Positions 45,911 through 55,328 of a stretch of DNA of 64,000 bases are shown piece by piece. The stretch is taken from the NCBI GenBank assembly GCA_048013815.1, contig CM106585.1, forward strand, positions 16,802,001-16,866,000, in the 5' to 3' direction. A program made the position numbers and the translations under genes. The notes beneath the pieces are model-generated. The model was not told the origin of the DNA. It searched no databases and saw nothing but the letters and a program-made list of their open reading frames with translations. Every line of letters begins with the position of its first letter. Position 1 is the stretch's first letter. The DNA comes from Setoptus koraiensis. Lineage: Eukaryota; Animalia; Arthropoda.

Positions 45911-47146
45911 TTGCAGCAGACAGCACAAGAACCCTTAGCATGTTCAACACATTGGTTATAATCGTTTGTTTGTTGTTTTAGTCAGAACCAAGTAATCATC
46001 ATCCAAGTAAATAGACAATCGTTTGGCTTCTCTGTGGCTTGCATATAAACAAGAAACAAAATGTACAATTTTTAAGACTCTATGATGATGACAAAGAGTA
46101 TGCAAATGACCAAAAGAAATAAACGAACTTTTGCCTTTCACATTCAGTCCAGTGTCTATCTAGTTTACTTCCTTCTTGACCACAAACACGAAAGCTTTCA
46201 CGAGGAGAAATCGCTCCAACAAGAACTGAGCGAATACAAAATCCAACTTAATCTTTTCTCGCTATCTGGTGCCTTCTGAACTGATGTTCGCGTTAACTTT
46301 CTTCTGCGGATTGGTTTTGCATGCAAATGACAACATTGACTACTTACTTTTTATGTCCCTTGCCATGGCAACAACATGTTCATGGTCGCAACTGTAATAC
46401 TTACGTTGCTACCGTTGAAAAATTGAGTGTTTTACATATAGAGTTGAACAAATGGATTGATCTCTTGCGACGATCGCAGATTGCAGGTCGAGTGTAAGAC
46501 CAACAGTGACAAATAGTACGATCCACCATCTACACTGAGTGATGTCATTATCTGTTTCATTCGTTTGACTCTCTCTCTCTCTCTGATTTTTCATGTTGAT
46601 CGTGCAAACAAGACTGAAAAGAAAACAAATAAAGTGTAAGTTCGTTCTGTATATAACTACAAACAGATCCACTTCACTTTCGCTATTCGAAAGTGAATAT
46701 TAACGTACCTCTGGAATGCGATAAATGCTCAACGTCTGTTGATGAGCGCCGAGGGCTTGCATTCTTACACCGCATTTTCTTCAGGAATTTCTCTTCTTCT
46801 TTTTAGTTAGCCATAGAAGACACTCATATATGTGTTTATATTGTACAATGTGTATATTAATGAGTGCATCCAATTCAAACAATACAATACATTATGTAGG
46901 CGAAATTCCACCATTTTTGGCCCTCTTCTCTCAGGGATCTGAGTAGGCCCCCAAAGACCATAACCTTGAATCGAGAGGGTTGACAAAAGTGATCCAGAAG
47001 CCTTAGGTCGCATCTCGAGTGCGGTCTGTAGAGATTGTTGATTCAATTTCGATCGAATAATTGTAACAGTGGCAAATTAAAGTACATTCTCAAAGTATAC
47101 ACAATTTGAATTGGAAATCTATTGAGGCTTGTTCGACAGCGGCAAC

Positions 47147-48650
47147 ATGAGCAACATATCACCTCAATATACATCTAACATTGAGCGGCCTCCTTTTTAT
47201 CGAGCGCCACGCAATCATAACAGGTCCCAATCAGATTATCCATGGAAGCAGCATAATTTTCAGGTACCAAACAACAAAAGTCATGTATGTAGTCGACGAA
47301 TGTATAGCAGAGAACCACTCAATGAATTGTTGTGAAAAATTGATTTAACAAATTCTTTCCAAAATAAAATTTCATCATAGGTGAATGTTGGCTTCAACCT
47401 CACCCAAAACCAAGTACCTAAACCATTTGGATTGTCTCCAATAGGTTCGAATCGATCTAGTGACAGCAGTATTGATCAGCATGGGTATGCAACAATCTAT
47501 GAGAGTGTCCCTGCCGATTATTCGCCACAGAGTCAGGAACAACAAGTGTTTAAGCCAGCAATTGCGACTCAAAGAATCCATCATCAACCAACGTCGACAG
47601 TGCACAAGAGTTTTAATAAATCTGTCAGAATAATAGATACTAACGACAACAGTCAATGGTCGAACCACAACTTTGCGCAAGATCTTGGCTTGCCCCAGAG
47701 TTCCCATACTGCTCAACAGCGGCAACAACAACAGCAACCTCAAATTAGACGAGCGGGTTAGTTCAATGAAATCATATTCCGTTCATATGAACCTCACTGA
47801 TGATGAAATTCAAACTAACCAAAGTCTTGCTGTCTTAACAAACTATCGCTAGTTTCTCCTGCGATTGAGGTGAATAGGTCCAGCGCTTCGCAGCAAACCT
47901 CTGAAGAGCCTCCAAATAGTAGCGAAGCCACAAGATCTTCGCCATTGGCCAACCAAGAGCTTATAGGGTCTGGCATGATCGTAGGTCACATACCAGCATT
48001 CAAGACGGTGTTGCCCAACAGTAAAAAGGAGGAATTCATGTGGAATAGAGAGCTAGAAAGGGCATCAATCACACATCAGGTAGGCTTAACATGCATGTCG
48101 CCGAAAAATCTCCGTAACGTGTAGCTGTATCTCTTATTTGGAATTTCTATTTTTGTTTGTGTTATCTTACCCCAGACTTATAGAACACTGCCGATAGTCC
48201 AGCCTAAGCCGAAGGCTAGACATGATCTAGCAACGGGTAATTACATGAGGCTCGTATCGGACCCGACGTGGAACTTGCATCAATCTAGACCACCTAGTGC
48301 AGCGGCGAAAAATTACGAGGAAAAGATTCGACAAGCCATCAGCAACGTAAGTGATTCAACGTGTCAGATTAAGAAAGTCTTAAGATATAGCCGAAGAGTG
48401 GCTGTCTCATTCCATTTTATTTTATTTTAATGATGATTTTATGAACTCTTCGCAGATGGGGAATCAAGTAAAGCCAAGCTCCAGGGTTATTATTCCTCAC
48501 AATTCGCCAATAAATCTTTACCTCCCTACCAGTAATAAGTTAGCGAAAGAAAGCTCGCCTTCTCGCGCTATGCGACAAAACAACAAAGATCCGGATCAGC
48601 CGATATTCAATTACAAAGAGTACATAGATTCAACTAGGAGAGCTCATTGA
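47147..48650 (+). CDS. Uncharacterised 5-exon protein (~361 aa): 47147..47263, 47381..47756, 47853..48079, 48176..48346, 48456..48650
   Basis: Four canonical GT-AG introns whose phases (0,1,0,0) join five open frames into one ORF. S/Q/P-rich; no family recognised. Confidence 0.65.
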
Positions 48651-48699
48651 TAAGTGTACTTTGGTTAGAGTGTATTGTTCAGTGTCAACGAAAACAAAT

Positions 48700-48963
48700 A
48701 TGATGCCAAAAATGTTCAGATTGTCTATTTATAAATCAATTATTATCTACTGCTCTTTGTTGTTATTACTTATTGCTATACATAACAAGGTTGTCTTATC
48801 TCTCAACAAGAAGAACGATAATTCAAATAGTGAAGCATTCAAAATCAATGAGAAAGACAAAGATGTTTGGCATAAGTTTTGGTTGTATTCAATGATTACT
48901 ACTTATTGTATACTAGTGATTTCTGCTGCAACAATCTTGAAATACACTAGTAATTCGAAATAA
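48700..48963 (+). CDS. Possible 87-aa protein with two hydrophobic segments
   Basis: ATG 48700; hydrophobic IIIYCSLLLLLIAI and FWLYSMITTYCILVISAATIL. AT-rich, so it may only be 3' UTR. Confidence 0.3.
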   Translation: MMPKMFRLSIYKSIIIYCSLLLLLIAIHNKVVLSLNKKNDNSNSEAFKINEKDKDVWHKFWLYSMITTYCILVISAATILKYTSNSK

Positions 48964-49262
48964 ACATTTTCAAAAGTACATAGAGCCACTATTAGTGTTA
49001 GTTAAATCGGGATTCTGTTGTAAAACAACAATTAGTAGAGGCGGGCAGTAGCGTAAAGAAAACAAACTATCCGTCACTAACGCATATCACACAAAACACG
49101 TTTTGTGCCTGTTGTCGGCTATTTTTCGATATCACCTGGCTTCATTGATTTTCAGTTGTTTTACCGAATGAAGTTGCCAGATCATTCTAATTTACAAAAT
49201 CTATACTTGCATTCATTTTAATTACAAGCTAAAACATTTTCTATTTATCGTCTGCCATCATC

Positions 49263-50432
49263 ATGGAAAGGTCTCCGATTACACCTCCAATAGCGCCCAT
49301 GCAATTAGGATTGGCGAACAAAACAACGAGTAAACAACGTCTCGTGTCTATCGGCAATGGATCTCTAGATGATATATTAGGTGGAGGACTGGTTAGGTCC
49401 TCTGTAAATGTTTTAGAATGTGCCAATCACCATACAGTAGCAACAGGAAAAATGATCGATGCTACATTCGCATCAAATGTATTGTCTAACAACTCCAATC
49501 TTATTGTTTTGGTCTGTGACCAGATGACTCGTTTGAGTGAACAAGAATTTCTAGCTACTCTGCCTCTCAAGACTAGAGTTAGATCTGAAAACCTTTACAA
49601 GGACCTCTTATCAAGAGCGGCATCAACACGCATCAAGATTGCTTGGCGTTACTCAAATCTCAGTAGTCCCTCAGATCGTACCCTTTTAGTGGACCAGGCA
49701 GATTTCGGTGTTCAGCTCATTTCGGATAAAGATCTAGCTAATAACATCATGGAATCTAAGCTACTCAGAATATTGCATCTTGCTGATTATCCTAATGTGA
49801 AAGAAGCGATGAAAACATTAGTTCAACTGGTAGATGAAACGAACACCAACGGTACAAGTCATTCCGCTTTCTCTCAAGATCGTAGTTGCACGTCTGGTTT
49901 GGCCAAGAAAAGCACGTCGAGCAAAAACAGCGACATCAACATACTAGTGATAAACCTCACCAATCCACTTAGTCTTGTTAATACGGTAGACATGCCAGGT
50001 TTTATGTTCATATTGAGATGCTTGACGAGAAGCCGAAAGAATTGTACTTGTTTAGTGACTTTACACTCGGAATTGATTCTAGCATCGGCATTACCTATAG
50101 TTTTGGAACGTCTGTATAATCTATCAGATGGAGTAGTGAAATTGAGCTCATTCGTCGATATGAGCCAAACACCCTACGTTGATTATAATGGAATCCTAGA
50201 GATAATCAAAACTGCCAAAATTAACTCTACAGCATATCATTATGAGAGAGATGTTTGCGACTGGGGATACAGGATTACAAAGAACAGTAGATTTCTCGTT
50301 TTCGACAAGTTGAGTCTACCCCCATGTGATGAAGTCATTAGTAAATCAAACGAAGTAAGTCCTGATTTTCCGAAGCAAATAGGCGTGAAATCAAACTGTT
50401 CAACAAGTGAGACATCCAAGCTGGACTTCTAA
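49263..50432 (+). CDS. ELP4: Elongator complex protein 4 (RecA-like fold), divergent, intronless
   Basis: N-terminal SIGNGSLDDILGGGL, central IKIAWRY, LYNLSDGVVKL, YNGILEIIK and C-terminal DKLSLPP. Confidence 0.85.
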   Translation: MERSPITPPIAPMQLGLANKTTSKQRLVSIGNGSLDDILGGGLVRSSVNVLECANHHTVATGKMIDATFASNVLSNNSNLIVLVCDQMTRLSEQEFLATLPLKTRVRSENLYKDLLSRAASTRIKIAWRYSNLSSPSDRTLLVDQADFGVQLISDKDLANNIMESKLLRILHLADYPNVKEAMKTLVQLVDETNTNGTSHSAFSQDRSCTSGLAKKSTSSKNSDINILVINLTNPLSLVNTVDMPGFMFILRCLTRSRKNCTCLVTLHSELILASALPIVLERLYNLSDGVVKLSSFVDMSQTPYVDYNGILEIIKTAKINSTAYHYERDVCDWGYRITKNSRFLVFDKLSLPPCDEVISKSNEVSPDFPKQIGVKSNCSTSETSKLDF

Positions 50433-50628
50433 GCCAACATTTACACAAGGTCTAACCAGTATAGTATAATTTATTTACCTCTCTCTTTCTCTGTATTACT
50501 ATTGCTTTTACATTGAATCGTTGAAATCATTTTGATGATATCAAATGATGAAGGTATCAATAATTATAGACATAAGCAAATGTATTCATTTTTATTTCAT
50601 TGGTGCATTATCAATACATGGTTTCGTA

Positions 50629-51630
50629 CTAAAACTCTTGATTTAAAATCACTCCTTCTGTTGGCACATGACCCTCGACATCTTCTGCTACTCCGTTTTC
50701 GGGTCCATCTTCAGGCACAGCAAATCCATCTTCTGTGGCATAGAGTATTTCGAGAATCTTCTTACGTTCTTCTGCCGGTGTCTCCTCTTGCCCGTCTTCT
50801 ACCGCTTGTTCTGCTTGTTGACAAAGTACCTCAATATCTCTCAATTTTCCATAATAGAAGTCTCGTTCACGTTCTATGCTCTCAATGGTTGTCTTGAGTT
50901 GGTTTATTTCATTTTCTAATTTGATGACTTGATTCCGATCAACGGCAGCAGAGGATCCATTCTGAGCTACAGCTGATCTGACCCTATTCACGGCGGCACC
51001 TGATAATGGTGATGTTTTGGATTGAGTTGTAGCTGTTGTGCGAACTGATGCACTGGTTGCTGTTCGTGGATTTGTAGCTGTTTTTGTGCCAAGTGTTGTC
51101 CTACTATTGCCTGCTGATGATAATGTCGATGATGACGTAAGAGGCCTGGAAACACCTGAGAGTGTTCTCTCAGGACCATGAGAATGTGAAGCACCTAATG
51201 GAATACCACCTCTAACTTCTAAAGCGTTGTATTCGTGGCCATCGTAATTGGCATCGAAGAATTTTTTGAACCACTGCAAGAATTCAAAATTATCCTGGAA
51301 GCGGGCCATGACCAGCCTGTTGACAGGTATTTCCTTGTCACAGCCGACTTTCTTGAAAGCTGCTTGTACTAGCTTGAAGTTTTGTATATATTCATGCTCC
51401 AATAGAGTGCGAAATTTTACTTTTTTTAGAAGAACTGTTCCAGGGAATATAAGATCCATGAATTGTGCATAGGCAGCTCCGTTACTAAGCTCTTCAATTT
51501 TTTTATAATCAGCTTGAAGGCATTCATTAACCCAGTTCAGCATTTCATGTCGAGATAGATTGTCCGATGTTGCAGATGTGGCATGGACATTGACACATTG
51601 ATACTGTATGCCAGCGAGTCCGTCAGCCAT
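50629..51630 (-). CDS. MAPRE1: Microtubule end-binding protein EB1 (MAPRE family), intronless
   Basis: CH domain ([41 protein letters not shown]), EBH domain ([24 protein letters not shown]) and acidic tail ending QEF. Confidence 0.96.
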   Translation of the reverse strand: MADGLAGIQYQCVNVHATSATSDNLSRHEMLNWVNECLQADYKKIEELSNGAAYAQFMDLIFPGTVLLKKVKFRTLLEHEYIQNFKLVQAAFKKVGCDKEIPVNRLVMARFQDNFEFLQWFKKFFDANYDGHEYNALEVRGGIPLGASHSHGPERTLSGVSRPLTSSSTLSSAGNSRTTLGTKTATNPRTATSASVRTTATTQSKTSPLSGAAVNRVRSAVAQNGSSAAVDRNQVIKLENEINQLKTTIESIERERDFYYGKLRDIEVLCQQAEQAVEDGQEETPAEERKKILEILYATEDGFAVPEDGPENGVAEDVEGHVPTEGVILNQEF

Positions 51631-52494
51631 TTCGACAGGCAATAATATAATATATTTTGTTTGGTTTAATGAGTTGTTATTATCGTTGCGCTAACGGTTG
51701 GGCCCCGCTCTGATAGTCAGAATAACTGTTTATTAGATAGCTATGATGACGATGATGATTATAATGATAATAGAGGCGATAAGAATAAAATACAATGTAG
51801 TTAAAAATACAGATTTAGTGAGCTTGAGCACACGTAAATTTATGACGATATATCAGGTATGATTTTCATATATTGGTGCATTTTCTAAAGGTGGTGGGGG
51901 GAGGGAACAACACGATTACACACACACACATATTACAGCGTGCACCTTTTCCACAGACATTGGCACTGCGCCAAGAAACGCCGCTAGAGGCGTGCGAGGG
52001 CCTCGAAACATAGCATCAAGAAGCGTCCACAAGAACACATCTTTCGGCCGACATGAGAGATTAGACAAGTGATGCAACTGTCCACTATCTATGCAGTAAC
52101 TCGCCAACAGATTGGCGAAAGCCTAAAGCGCCGCCTCATGGGTGTTTTCTTTGGCACAATTGGCCCAGCGCCATTGGAAAAGGTGCATACGGTACAGCAA
52201 GAATATGTACAGTATATAGATAGTACAAAGAGAGATGAACGGCGAGAAGAAGGTGAAGAGTCCGGATAGTCTCTCGAAGAGAACGACGATACCGTCCGTC
52301 ACTGGCGCTCGTTGCCATAGTGTGTGCGTGCGTGTATTCTGTCGCTGACGCAGGGCGGCAATGCTGCTGTTCTCTGCAACGAATAACACACACACAGACA
52401 CACACAACTGGCACACACGCTCTACATACCACTCAAATGTTCCACTACTGTGCTCGGCTCCACAGTCGTCGGGACAAGACGACCAATTGCACAG

Positions 52495-52524
52495 GAGGCA
52501 CAGAGTTGACGCCCTCTGTGCCTC
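52495..52524. promoter_or_regulatory. Perfect 11-bp hairpin upstream of AdSS
   Basis: GAGGCACAGAG-TTGACGCC-CTCTGTGCCTC, shortly before a candidate donor (AAAGG|GTGAG, ~52536). Confidence 0.4.
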
Positions 52525-52845
52525 TTTAGAAAAGGGTGAGGTATTTTTTCACCCTATTATTTGTACATGTAAATATTTCGCGATCCTGTTGGCGCCATGT
52601 TCGAACACTGCGCGAATCTAACTCTATCATTGTTTAGCGATGTGTTTATCATTTTAGACGCCACGTGCAATTGTCTCATTGTACCATGTATTTGTTCCCA
52701 ACCCACGATAATGCGACTACTCGATAATTAGTGGACGTAGTTGTTTGAATTATTGTTGTTAATACTACTATTATCACCAGCATTATCATTATTCTTTAAT
52801 TATTTTATATTATTTAAACCGTTATCACTATTATTATTATCCGAG

Positions 52846-54273
52846 ATGGGATCATTATTATCGTCCCCAATTCATCAAATATCTGAGATCGCCCCCAATA
52901 GGCATAACGTGATAGTTGTGCTAGGCACTCAATGGGGCGATGAGGGCAAAGGTAAAGTTGTTGATTTGCTATCATCGCAAGCGGAAATTGTATGCCGATT
53001 TCAAGGTGGAAACAACGCCGGACACACCGTTGTTGTAGACGAAGTTTCCTATGACTTTCACCTTTTGCCATGTGGTATTATCAATCGCAATTGTATATCG
53101 GTCATTGGCAGTGGAGTTGTTGTTAATGTACCGCAATTATTCGACGAGCTTGAACGAAATCAAAAACTAAGCGATAATAGCAACAAGAGTGAAGCGGAAA
53201 AGGCCAAATGCAAACATCAAGATGTCAACAATAATGGCAACAATCACTCACACCATGATGAGGCACGCTGGATAGATCGCCTTTACATCTCGGATGAAAC
53301 TCATCTGGTTTTCGATATTCACATGTATGCAGACGGACTTCTAGAGGCAGATTTACAAGCCGACGGAAAGAGACAAATAGGCACCACCAAAAAAGGTATT
53401 GGACCGACTTATTCAACAAAGGCTCTACGAATAAGCATAAGAATGCAGGCCCTACTTGGTGATTTCGAATTATTTGAGAAAAAGTTTCGGCATCTCGTTG
53501 AGTACCATCGCAAGCAATTCAGCAATCAACACACAATAGATGTCGAGGCAGAACTTGAACTATACAGGAACTATGTTGAAAAAATCCGTCCATGCGTCAA
53601 AGACACCAGGAAGTTTCTCTATGAGTCAGTGAAAGCTGGAAAGAAGATTTTAATAGAAGGCGCTAATGGATCTATGCTCGATATAGACCACGGTACTTAT
53701 CCTTATGTGACTTCATCTAACACTACTATTGGAGGTGTCTTTACAGGCCTAGGGTTACCCTCTACCGCTATCGGACCTATTTATGGCGTGGTCAAAGCAT
53801 ATTGCACTCGTGTAGGCGATGGACCTTTTCCCACCGAACTACATGATGAAATTGGCAAGAAGCTACAAGAGCATGGCCATGAAGTTGGTGTCACCACCAA
53901 ACGTATACGACGTTGTGGCTGGTTAGATGCTGTTTTGTTACGTTATACTCATGAGTTAAATGATTACACAGCGCTTGCTTTAACCAAGTTAGATGTACTT
54001 AGTGACTTTGATGAAGTTAAAATAGGTGACAAATATATTCTTGATGGGAAAGTTTTAGATTCACCTCCCACGTATGAAGACAAGTTGAATCGTGTTCAAG
54101 TGGAGTATACCACTATGAAAGGTTGGAAAACTGACATAAGCAAGGCTCGCAAATTTTCAGACCTGCCGAAAGAAGCCCAAGAGTATGTTAAGCATATAGA
54201 GAAAATTGTTAAAGTTCCTATCAAGTGGATTGGAGTTGGACCCGAAAGAGACTCTATCATACATATGTTCTGA
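52846..54273 (+). CDS. ADSS: Adenylosuccinate synthetase, intronless CDS (475 aa)
   Basis: QWGDEGKGKVVD, RFQGGNNAGHT, GTTKKGIGPTY, EGANGSMLDIDHGTYPYVTSS, VGDGPFPTE, GVTTKRIRRCGWLD and WIGVGPER. Confidence 0.97.
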   Translation: MGSLLSSPIHQISEIAPNRHNVIVVLGTQWGDEGKGKVVDLLSSQAEIVCRFQGGNNAGHTVVVDEVSYDFHLLPCGIINRNCISVIGSGVVVNVPQLFDELERNQKLSDNSNKSEAEKAKCKHQDVNNNGNNHSHHDEARWIDRLYISDETHLVFDIHMYADGLLEADLQADGKRQIGTTKKGIGPTYSTKALRISIRMQALLGDFELFEKKFRHLVEYHRKQFSNQHTIDVEAELELYRNYVEKIRPCVKDTRKFLYESVKAGKKILIEGANGSMLDIDHGTYPYVTSSNTTIGGVFTGLGLPSTAIGPIYGVVKAYCTRVGDGPFPTELHDEIGKKLQEHGHEVGVTTKRIRRCGWLDAVLLRYTHELNDYTALALTKLDVLSDFDEVKIGDKYILDGKVLDSPPTYEDKLNRVQVEYTTMKGWKTDISKARKFSDLPKEAQEYVKHIEKIVKVPIKWIGVGPERDSIIHMF

Positions 54274-54677
54274 TTGGAGATGTGCATGTGCGTTATTTCG
54301 TGCATACCGTATATATATACATTTAATATTCACAAATAAACTTCACTTGATGTACTAACTACATTCAGTCAACTTCAATACCAACTCTGCATGAACCATG
54401 TCTTAGATCAACCCTATTTAGAATGATTTACAGAAGATAATTGTTGATAAGAACTTGTTAATATTCTATATTAAAACCAGCATCTAGATTAGCTTAATTT
54501 TTTGTGGTTTCGTTAATGTCGTCTACATGCATTTGGTCCTTCAGTAAACTGATTACATGACTGATGACCTTTCTTTTGGCGCAACTAGGCATCTTGTTCT
54601 GAGGCAAATGACCGAATTATGGGTGTAGCTAAGCTTTCTGTGAAAAAAAAAATCCTCTTTTTTCTGGGTTAAATTTA

Positions 54678-54734
54678 AAGAGATTAGTCAGCAGCACCTG
54701 GCCCAGTTTGCCAGGTGCTGCTGACTAATCTCTT
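54678..54734. other. Perfect 25-bp-stem hairpin (57 nt) between convergent AdSS and Dis3l2
   Basis: AAGAGATTAGTCAGCAGCACCTGGC-CCAGTTT-GCCAGGTGCTGCTGACTAATCTCTT. Confidence 0.85.
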
Positions 54735-55328
54735 GATAAAATTTTGGCCATCAGACCGGGTTTCATATTTATTTAGAAATAATAGCAGGACTACCAGCAG
54801 GATTCTATGCTTCGACCAGTCCTGCACAGTGCGCGATCGCTATATACTTTCGGTTTCTCCAATAGCGTTGCCCTTCCGGTTGGATGAAACAGTCGAAATG
54901 GATAAAAGTGGTTGAAACCATTGATTTACCACTGGAATACGGTTTGTTGGTCATCTCAAATTCAAAACTCACTTATCGCTGATCACTATAATAGGATATT
55001 CGCGGTAAACACAAATAGTAACAGGTGAAAATTTTCATTTCTAAGTGTTGCTTCAAAAGAGAAGAATTAAATGGACAAATTCAAAGGAATCCCCAACTAT
55101 TATCATCGAGAGTCCCGAGAGAACAAACATTGTCGACCGGGAACAATCCAGATCTCAGTGATGTGGGTCTGTTAGATGAGAGGACGCTGTCTAATATCAG
55201 TAGTGTGTCTACGATGTCAAGAAATGATTTCCTGCTCCCGAATGTATCTGAAGTAGGAAGACACAAAAGTTTGTTATCGTTCAACGAATATACAGGCAGA
55301 AAAGGACCCGATAGATTCTGCCTGTTAT

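Noticed and set aside
46180-46810. Possible small spliced gene on the minus strand between the ZP and orphan genes
   Set aside because: Several plausible splice sites exist but phases or intron lengths were inconsistent.
50629-50640. EB1 tail ends QEF rather than EEY/F
   Set aside because: The terminal aromatic residue and acidic tail are kept; minor variation.
52621-52632. ACTCTATCATTG, matching half of the tetO1 operator
   Set aside because: The second half-site is absent and there is no vector context; a chance match.
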